DNA of 64,000 nucleotides from Stylophora pistillata (Eukaryota): NCBI RefSeq assembly GCF_002571385.2, contig NW_019218062.1, positions 262,404 to 326,403 of the forward strand, read 5' to 3'. Shown piece by piece: positions 49,052 to 59,500 of this stretch (position 1 is its first letter; each line of letters starts with the position of its first letter). The notes under the pieces were generated by a model. It saw only the letters and a program-made list of their open reading frames with translations, ran no database searches and was not told where the DNA came from. The position numbers and the translations under genes were made by a program.

Positions 49052-52000
49052 ATGAGCGATACGAAGTTTGTTTTCTTGGTCCTGCTGATTTCCAGCGTGA
49101 CAGTTTATGGAACGCTTGCTGGAGCAATCGGAGAGAAGGTTTGCTCACTTAACGTATTTAGTTTTGATGCCTTTTATTCCTTCCTCCTAGGCAAACTGAA
49201 TTCTCAAGAGAAAGAAAGAAACCATCTCTGTGTCTTCTCTATTGTGGTACAATATCACGATACTACACATTGACATAATGAACACATCTTTTTTCTTAAA
49301 TTGCGTCTCTGCTCTCTTAGCCTATAACGAAGCAATTATTAATTTGTTTAACTGAGTTTTTCGAATTGAGTATTTTTGAAAATTCCCCCTAAATTCCTTA
49401 GCTTTTCTCGATAATATTTGCAGCAGTTTTGAAACATGGAGCGCAATAAAATAGTACTTTTCAATAAGAGGCGAATATATTTTTTATTACTCTCTGTCTT
49501 AATCTTTTTTAAAGTACCCCATCAAATTAAGCGCGAGTCTGAATTTCTGATGAGATTAACTTAATGAAACTGATAGCTAGTTGCGAATAGTACCATCAGT
49601 TTTAATCATGCAAAAACGACAAAATGTTTCCTGATCGTCCCCTTGGCTACTCAGAGTTCTAAAGAGCGTAAATTAACTAGAAGTAATACGAAATTGAGTT
49701 GTCATGGCAACCTGACTCGGAAATAGATTTTATTCGAATGCTACGCTAATCGCTTTTAATTGTCTTGCGGGCAAACGTTGATTTGAATTAAAAATTAATG
49801 ATGCAAGAAGGCTTTTACAAATTTTTGTTACAGTAAAGGAAGTTAACGTAAGGATTTTCCTTTTTATTCAAACAAAATGTCAGAAATTTCCTCCGGCGCA
49901 CATAGTCCGCAGCATCTAAAATAGCCAGACCGAAAAAAAAAATTGAGAATCACATGGTCACAGGAGGAAAATAATTCGTAGTTTCGTCGTCAAGTATTCA
50001 CCACTGCTCAGTGAATGGAGAATCATCGTGAGGAATCTAGGGTTTTCATGATCAATGTATCGGCAAATTTGAAGACAGCCTCTAATAACAATACTTCAAA
50101 TTTGCTCGCTAGTCATCGGGTGATAGCTTCAGGCTTAAGGAATTATATCCCAGCTTTGGTATCTAGAATAAAATTTGCAACTTGTATCTTCTTCACCTAA
50201 CCATTCACCTTATTCCAATTCTCGATCCAATTGTTTTTTTTCCAAACACACATGGGTGAATGTAGAAATGATGCATGATCTTCACAAATATTGTTGTAAT
50301 TCTATCTTTCGTCTTTATTTCAGCGTAGAGAAAAGAGGTCGTTTGGTAAGTTATTAAGGTGAAGTTAGATCAAGTCTCATGGAATGGGTATTTATTTACC
50401 AAAGACAAGAGCCAAATGGTAAACGCTATGACCACCCGATTCGCCCTTAATCTACCGCTTATACACCCGATTCGCCCTTAATCTACCGCTTATAAGCGAA
50501 CGTAATTATTCTCAAATTACCGCATACATGCTGATAAAGTAGGACCTATTTACCTACCGAGAATAGATTACCGAGAACAAAACAAAGGCCAAAACAAAAG
50601 AATACAAAGGAAAACAAAACAAAGGAAATGATTTCAGAATGTCTTCGGTATCGCAGTCGCACTTGACATGTGGCAAGGTTCAAGCGAAAGAGGAAAATTC
50701 ATCGCTTTTACATATGGTAAAAAGAGATCATGGATAAAATTCCACGCGTGAAGATTACTGAAGAACAGAAAAACATTCTGGAATCATTTCCTTTGTTTTG
50801 TTTTGCTTTGTTTTCTTTTGTTTTGGCCTTTGTTTTGCTCTCGGTAATCTAATCTCGGTAGGTAAATAGGTCCTACTTTATCAGCATGTATGCGGTAATT
50901 TGGTATAATTAGATTCGCTTATAAGCGGTAGATTAAAGGCGAATCGGGTGCTATGACATCCTACAAAATCTTCTATCATAATTAGGCGATTGATGAATAA
51001 ATTATGTATTGCAAAACTGGCCTAGAATTAGCATTTTAAGCATCTCTGTGTAATCAAACCATGATATTTCGCCATAAAACAGAAAGCTGATCCCTCTAAT
51101 GAAATCTTTTGCTTGATTTCAAATTCAGTAAAACCTGATTGTAAGGAAGTGGTTTTACAACGCAACCCCGTGTGTGAAAAGAAAGGTTGTGACGAATATG
51201 GCAACCCACAGAAGTATATGTACGAATGTCCCGAAATTCCAGTGATTTGTCCGAAGGTAGTGGTTGATGAGATGGCGGACTGCTGCCCAAAAAAGTGCGG
51301 TGAGAAAGTACTGTTAAAGATAGAGTAATAGGCTAAGCTGGTGTGATTAAACTGCTGGAGCCATAGAAACTCACTGATTTGTCTGGAAAGTATGGCAAGT
51401 CTGATTCATGAGCCAGCTTTTCGGCCTTGGAAGAATCATATATATATTGAACTATAATAAAGATAGCTTTATCAGAATTAGAGGTAGACTTTGTAGGGGA
51501 TCACATGATTTTCGAGGGAAACGGAAGCGAGAATAGAGTATGAAGGGGGACTAACGTTGACTGCCAATCAAGTAAAAGTGAGTGGGAGGGGCGTGGGGGG
51601 GGGGGTAGTCTTAAGAATGTTATAGAGCCTTATCATAGGATCAGGTAAATTTGATGGTGACGCAACCACAAAGCTCCCCCCCTCCCCATTTGCCCTGCCA
51701 GGTCCCTTCAAGGAAGGGATTTTATGAATTGACATGGAAGAAAACCTCTCCTTATTTCTTTTAAAAAAGATCACCCGTTCATTTAAAGACGATTAAAGAG
51801 AGTAAGGAAGATGAGTTATTCGATTTTGAATTAAAAAAGTTCGCAACGAAATGCGATTCAAAATCTACAAGAGTGTAATTCTGGGCCGAGTTTGCTGTAA
51901 GCCGTATGAGATCTATTCTAAATTTGATTTCCATGGCAGCCTTTATTTCTATTTACTTTTGAGTTACATAAAATTAGCTTAAGAGAACTTTTAACATTTC

Positions 52001-52941
52001 TCGAAGAACCCGGCTTTGTTGTCTCATAATAGTAAAAACTGTCTCCAGATAGCAAGGGTAGTTATACTCGTTCAAAATGTTTGGACGTAAGCCACCCAGA
52101 GAGTAAAGTGACATGAAACCTTTTACTACCTAAACAACTGGGAAAATATCAATAATGATAATATTTGGTATGCTTTTACTTTTTTTCTCCGCGTAGTTTG
52201 TAGTCCCAGCGGTGATTCGGATATTCTGTATAAACCTGGAGAGAGATTCACCGCTGTAAAATATGGAAAAAATCTGGATTGCGAATGTGATCCCAACGGA
52301 ATACCAAGATGTGTAGGACGGATACAAATCATCACTAGTAAGTGATAATCTATCAGTTTTTATCTTTTCTTTTAGGTCCAACGTCTTAAATTTGAAAGGT
52401 GATTTCGTTTCCATTCCCTACAGACACAGCTAAGTCAATATACTGAATTGTTGTGAGCCAATTTCTTTTGTTGTACGACTTGGCTTAGCCTCCAAGCCTC
52501 GATCTAAGCAAAGGGGAGGTCTATGTGTCTAAAACACTGTATTAACATCTTTAAAGATGGCCTTATCAGCCAGCCCAGGCCATTTCTATACTTATTGTGC
52601 CTTGTTTTCATATAATCTTAAAGTAGCTGTCACGTGACATTGCTGAGTGATGGGTATGTAAACTGCCTACCGGACACGTACACGTAGACCCGTTAATAAG
52701 CGATAAAAACGTTTGCGGGCGGGAGGCTGGAGATTAAATCAATAATCAGTCGAAAGAGCTTCTGCTGAGTGACTTAGTGACAAAAACAATTATAGTGGTT
52801 GAAAACTAATTTTTTTTTTGTCAATCACTTTGTATTTTTAATAGAGTTTTTTTTTTGTTAGTTCCACCAAAAGCGCCACCCAGACCTCCTCCAATCCTTC
52901 CTACCGGATTTTCTTCAGAAAGGGATTGGCCATGGGTCTAG
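49052..52941 (+). CDS. Small secreted pre-pro-protein with VWC-like cysteine modules (166 aa, 12 Cys). Exons 49052-49138, 50324-50345, 51129-51299, 52197-52337, 52862-52941
   Basis: Signal peptide MSDTKFVFLVLLISSVTVYG; a 22-nt microexon gives EKRREKR/SF; exon 3 has C..C..C..CPEIPVICP...DCCPKKC; exon 4 has CSPSG..LYKPGERF..DCECDPNGIPRC; Pro-rich tail. Total 501 nt in frame. TATA-like tatataa at ~48973; 3'UTR exon from 53437 with AATAAA at ~53567. Confidence 0.8.
50433..50950. mobile_element. Foldback/MITE with ~180-bp TIRs, CA...TG termini (P-superfamily-like)
   Basis: cacccgattcgcc(c/t)ttaatctaccgcttata... is mirrored at 50773-50950; direct repeat ctatgac at 50426-50432 and 50951-50957; the left 31 bp are tandemly duplicated. 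Confidence 0.88.
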
Positions 52942-55013
52942 GTAAATAAGAGGAAACTGAAAATCCCATTTAGACAATAATATTACTCTTAACAGTACTG
53001 AGTGTATGAGTATGATATCGACGACGAAACTTGAACTTCGTTTTATAGATCTCTCGCATCGAGAGAGGACTCATTAAGTTGACTTAATACCCTATTTAGT
53101 AGGTCTCTCCCTTCAGGAAGCAATAACATTTGATTGCTGCCGATCAGGCTTGAGAAATACAATTCTTTCACGCTCGGTAAATTAAATTAGTTCTATTCTC
53201 TTTGCTTGTGTGTGCATGCGACGAAAGCATTGTTAGACTTGAAATGATCGTTGGTCGAGGACAAAAAAAAGAAAAAAAGAAATAGACTTGGTGGGTTAGG
53301 TATAGACCTGACTCTTTCTAAGTGTTTGAACAGTAATTGATCATATGCAGGTGACCACGTGCAATACTGAGATTTATTGCGACGGTCTTCCAATGAAAAC
53401 TGACTGCTCACGTGCATATCTTTTGTCTCTCCACAGGAATAAAATGAGAGCTTAAAGGCGTCAGCTTGGTTTCCGAGATCATCGTTAATAATTATAGATA
53501 CCATGCCAGTATTGATCATTACAAGTGTTCGAATGCAATCAAACTGAACTAATTTGTCGTCTAATGAATAAATGTCGATATATACGGTATGGATGTTATA
53601 TTGCAGTGACTATTACGCAGAGGTTGGCGCCTTCAGAATGAGGGCGGAATGCTGGAGGGGGGGAGTAGGGCAAGGATTTTAACAAAGTTATTCAGGAGAT
53701 GGACTGTCCTCCTTTTCACAAGGTCTTGCCGATTTACGAGGAATATTTTTATAAGAGGTTCACTACCAAATGAAGCGTACGCAGCATTATAGTGTCAAAC
53801 ACTAAATACCTTGAATAACTTCCCAAGGATTAACATAAGACTGCTAAAGATGTTACTGTTACAATCAAACAAAATTAACAACAAAATACTGAAACATTAA
53901 AACGCATCTAGGAAATCAAAAATTGATTCTATATACCTCTCCGCCATGAAATTCATACAGGAATCGAAATTCCAATGTATACTTTCAATATCTGTTTGGA
54001 ATTTGTTTGGTTATTTTGGCAAAAATCCACAGCGCAGGCATTCCGATTTTAATTACTTTATTTTTTCATCGTCCTTTTACATTGCTATTAAACACTTTAG
54101 TGATACCGATCAGTTGATACCTCCTCGCTGTTTCTGCTCTGGCGCTCTTTTTCAGTGATTTTCTGCAAGTAGAAATCAGGAGAAGGAAATAACTTATGAA
54201 CATTTATATAGGTTGGGTTCTATTATTTGTGTCAGGTGCAGTTAGAAACATGAGTCCGATATATTATTTTTCTAAGCATCAATTTCTATTTTTCGAATGT
54301 ATAGGTGAATGATTTTTAGCTCTCTGACCGGAGAATTACCAAAAGACACCATGAAAAGTATTTTTTTATTTCAAGGCGTTTGTCGTGTGGAGTCCGAAAC
54401 GGATTGAAAAAGTGAGATTGAAAAAATGCGACCTATTTTCATCGAGATTTTTGGTATTTTTTTGGCTTGGTGTTTAAAAATACAAACGCAAACACAAAAT
54501 CATCGGTCTCAGCAGCGTTATCCTCTCGTCCTACTTCTTTTCTGGCGATGAAGTGTTAACATATCATGCCTTCTGAAGTTTTAGAAAAGCTGAAGAGTTA
54601 TGTTGGGGATAGCACAAAACTTCGACGCGTTATCCGTAATATTCCTTTAATTTTCGACCATCACAATTGATAGTATGAACACGTCACGAGAAATCGGTTA
54701 CAAGACGGTGAAAACTGAGAAAGAAAACAAACAAAAGGACGAATAAACAAATGAATACCTAAAAACAAGCGTTAATCGAAATCCTACTCACATTTTGTGC
54801 GAACCAAACGATAAAAGGAAGAGTTTACAGCCGCAAGAGCTCGAGGTATACAACACGTGTGAGAAGCTACAGTCCAAAAACATGTGACCAAACTGTACTT
54901 CGTGTATATGTACCGAAACGTAACGCAACAAGAACAACAAGAACAAAGGAAAAACGTCACGGACTAAGTTTAACTAAACAAGTTATTCATACCGAGTAAC
55001 TAACCTTACTTCA

Positions 55014-55147
55014 TTAGTCACCGCCTCTCTTTGATTTCAAACTACGTTTGTGGTTACCAGGGAAATCAGGCGAGAAAAGTGGAGGTGGTCTGGTAGTGGG
55101 TTCAGTAACCTCGATGGCGGGCTCCAAAGTAACAGGTGCACCGGGAT
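55014..55147 (-). CDS. Last coding exon of a minus-strand gene, probable paralog of the 49052-52941 gene; upstream exons not found in the window
   Basis: Polypyrimidine+AG acceptor, phase-1 frame xPGAPVTLEPAIEVTEPTTRPPPLFSPDFPGNHKRSLKSKRGGD*, gtaag donor 4 nt after the stop, second acceptor at 54715 and minus-strand AATAAA at ~54365. Confidence 0.6.
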
Positions 55148-56586
55148 CTAAGGGAGACAGACAGAAACGAAAATAACTAAAAGTGAAATAAAGTTAAATA
55201 CAAGGTATAAAAAGGTTGCAGAAGACATGATAGTGTAATAAATTTGGATAAACTTGTCCTTATTAAGGCCCATAAGAATGAATGTCACGCCGCCCCCGTA
55301 CAATGACGTCCCCTAGTACTTCATCCCTTAGCTGAATGACCTCACCCCCAGGTTAGTCACTTCGCGCCCAATTGGGCTCATGTCGCCATATATGTGGGTT
55401 ACAGATCTGTGGCATGCAGGAGGATGTAGCAACATGCGAAATTTGCAAGACGGCATCGCGCTTCATACATTCCTCATACAACACACCTATTCGGCATATT
55501 TCGGACAATATCGACGACAAAATTCCTAAACAGGCGAAAATGTGTGAAATGCAGACTTTCGTGTTCTCAATTTGACGTCACATTACCCGCTAGAGCCATT
55601 CCATTTTCCTTTTCAGCTCCAAAGCCTAACATGTTGATCTTATGTAACCCTCTGTGTAGAAGTGTTCTGACCATTTCATCAGATAATTGTAATAGGCCGG
55701 CATTCTTGAAATGTACTTTTGATTACACCATGAGGGTTGCCCAGACTTGTAGCAGTTATCATGGTCTTTCATGTTTTAAATGAGGCTTTTTTACACTACT
55801 AATCCAGGGAACAATCATTTTACTAGAATCAATCAAAGACTGAATATTAGTCTGAAAAAAAATTTTCACTTATTTGTTGATAAAATCATTGTTGACTTAG
55901 GTAATGGCTGGGTATTGACCATGTATGAATATGTTTCAGTTGGTGAGTTTGTTCAACAATCACAATATGATTCCTAATCAATTTATTCTCGATTAAAAAA
56001 GGTTTGTTTATTTTTTCAGATTATTTAGTACGTGTCTGTTGCTGTTGAGCAACCGCTGTTCAAATTATTCACTTTTGTGAACTGTAGGGTCTATCTATTG
56101 TATACAATGTCTTTCAAAATAAAATATGGCGATGAACTGTTTGGAATTGGTTACTACTTTAAACTGTTTAGGATTAAAGTAACTACGAAAGGAAAATATT
56201 TTAAATTTAAATCCATTATGTCTGATTTTAATGTTTCCTAAATACTCTTCTCTGCTAATATAAGTTTCAAAACAGAGCAGGAGCTGTTATTATCTAAAAG
56301 GGAAGGATATAAATATACTTGAAAAAATGTTCATGACAGTGAGATATATATTTGGACAGCAACAGGACCTCCACCTTTAAACCGAAAACAGTGACATGTG
56401 TTTGTCTTTAATCTTTAATATATGGCAAGGTTTTGAACCCAAAAACTCTCCCAAGATTCAACTGTCAATTTTCCCCTCAAGCTGCTACACAATTAATTGT
56501 GAACTAGTTAGAAGAATTTGGTGTTAGATCAAAATAAACTCTACCTGATAAGTTGGTTATTCTTGTTACCTGCTTTCTGGATAATG

Positions 56587-59500
56587 GGCATGCGTGCGAG
56601 AAAGGGTCACCACTTGCTCCCCACATGTGGCTTTAACGCAGGTGGGACTGACTCTCACGCATGCCACTCCGGCGTCAGTGACTTCCCGGAGTTGCGCGTC
56701 TAATCCCAAACTCCCTTAGGTCTAGTGAACCTGGGATTCCATTTTGGCCGCGTTGTCATGCGTTTCCTAGAGATGGCATGCGTGCGTGCAAGGCTCACCC
56801 CCTGCTTTGCACTTGTGCCTCAGAGAGCGTTGGGACTGACTCTCACGCATGCCACTCCGGCGTCCGTGATTTCTCGGAGTTGCGGTTCTAGTCCCAAACT
56901 CCCTTGGGTCTAGTGAACCTGGGATTCCATTTTGGCCGCGTTGTCATGCGTTTCCCAGAAGTGGAATGCATGCGTGCAAGGCTCACCCCTTGCTTTGCAC
57001 ATGTGCCTCCTAGTGCACAGCCTCTCACTCTCACGCACGCCACTCCGGCGCCCCTGATTTCCCGGAGTTGCGCGTCTATTCACAGGTGTCTATTCACAGG
57101 TCCTTTGGGTCTGGTGAAAATAGGATTCCATTTTGGCCGTGTTGTCAGGCGTTTCGTGGAAGTGGCATGCGTGACTGCAACGCTCACCCCTTGCTTCGCA
57201 CATGTGCCTCACAGTGCACAGCCTCTAACTCTCACGCATGCCACTCCGGCACCCGTGATTTCTCGGAGTTGCACGTCTATTCCCCAACTCCCCTGGGTCT
57301 AGTGCACCTGGGATTCCATTTTGGCCGCGTTGTCAGGCGTTTCGTGCAAGTGGCATGCGTCAGTACAAGGCTGACCCCCTTCTTTCGCACAGCATCTGAT
57401 TCTCACACATGCCACTCCAGCGCCCGTGATTACCCGGAGTTGCACGTCTATTCCCCAACTCCCCTGGGTCTAGTGCACCTGGGACTCCATTTTGGCCGCA
57501 TTGTCGGGCGTTTCGTGGAGGTGGCATACGTTAGTACAAGGCTGACCCCCTTCTTTCGCACATGTGCCTCATAGTGCAGAGCCTCTGACTCTCACGCATG
57601 CCACTCCGGCGCGCGTGATTTCCCGGAGTTGCGCGTCTATTCCCCAACTTTTCTGGGTCTAGTACACCTCGGATTCCATTTTGGCCGCGTTGTCAGGGGT
57701 TTCATGGAGGTGGCATGCGTGAGGACCAGGCTGACCCCCTTCTTTCGCACAGCATCTGACTCTCACGCTTGCCACTCTTGCGCCCGTGATTTCCCAGAGT
57801 TGCGCGTCTATTCCCCAACTCCCCTGTGTCTAGTGCACCTGGGATTCCATTTTGGCCGCGTTTTCAGGCGTTTCGTGGAAGTGGCATGCGTCAGTACAAG
57901 GCTGACCCCCTTCTTTCGCACAGCCTATTACTCTCACGCATGCCACCTCGGCGCCCGTGATTTGCCGGAGTTGCGCGTCTATTCCCCAAATTCCCTGGGT
58001 GTAATGCACCTGGGATTCCATTTTGGCCCCTTATTAGGCGTTTCGTGGAAGTGGCATGCGTCAGTACCAAGCTGACCCCCTTCTTTCGCACAGCCTCTGA
58101 CTCTCACGCTTGCCACTCCGGCGCCCGTGATTTCCCAGAGTTGCGCGTCTATTCCCCAACTTCTCTGGGTCTAGTACACCTCGGATTCCATTTTGGCCGC
58201 GTTGTCAGGGGTTTCATGGAGGTGGCATGCGTGAGGACCAGGCTGACCCCCTTCTTTCGCACAGCATCTGACTCTCACGCTTGCCACTCTTGCGCCCGTG
58301 ATTTCCCAGAGTTGCGCGTCTATTCCCCAACTCCCCTGTGTCTAGTGCACCTGGGATTCCATTTTGGCCGCGTTTTCAGGCGTTTCGTGGAAGTGGCATG
58401 CGTCAGTACAAGGCTGACCCCCTTCTTTCGCACAGCCTATTACTCTCACGCATGCCACCTCGGCGCCCGTGATTTGCCGGAGTTGCGCGTCTATTCCCCA
58501 AATTCCCTGGGTGTAATGCACCTGGGATTCCATTTTGGCCGTGTAGTCAGGGGTTTCGTGGAAGTGGCATGCGTCAGTACAACGCTGACCACCTTCTTTC
58601 CCACAGCCTCTGACTATCACGCATGCCACTACAGCACCCGTGATCTCTCGCAGTTGCACGTGTATTCCCCAACTCCCCTCGGTCTAGTGCACCTGGCATT
58701 CCATTTTGGCCGCGTTTTCGTGCGTTTCGTGGAAGTGGCATGCGTCAGAACAAGGCTGACCCCCTTCTTTCGCACAGCCTTTAACTCTCACGCATGCCAC
58801 TCCGGCACCCGTGATTTCCCGGAGTTCCGCGTCTATTCCCCAACTCTCCTGGGTCTAGTGCACCTGGGATTCCATTTTGGCCGCGTTGTCAGGCTTTCGT
58901 GGAAGTTGCATGCGTCAGTACAAGGCTGACCCCCTCCTTTCGCACAGCCTCTGACTCTCACGCATGCCACTCCGGCGCCCGTGATTTTCCGGAGTTGCGT
59001 GTCTATTCCCCAACTCCCCTGGATCTAGTGCACCTGGGATTTCATTTTGGCCGCGTTGTCAGGCGTTTCGTGGAAGTGGCATGCGTCAGTCAAAGGCTGA
59101 CCCCCTTCTTTCGCACAGCCTCTGACTCTCACGCATGCCACTCCGGTTCCCGTGATTTCCTGGACTTGCAGGTCTATTCCCCAACTCCCCTGGGTCTAGT
59201 GAACCTGGGATTCCATTTTGACCGCGTTGTCAGGCGTTTCGTGGAAGTGGCATGCGTCAGTACAAAGCTGACCCTCTTGTTTTGCACAGCCTCTGACTCT
59301 CACGCATGCCACTCAAGCGCCCGTGATTTCCCGGAGTTGCACGTCTATTCCCCAATTCCCCTGGGTCTAGTGCATTTGGGATTCCATTTTGGCCGGGTTG
59401 TTAGGCGTTTCGTGGAGGTGGCATGCGTCAGTACAAGGCTGACCCCCTTCTTTCGCACATGTGCTTCATAGTGCACAGTCTCTGACTGTCACGCATGCCA

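Noticed and set aside
55200-56440. Upstream exons of the minus-strand paralog
   Set aside because: Open frames are short and lack a matching acceptor/donor pair with the VWC-like Cys pattern.
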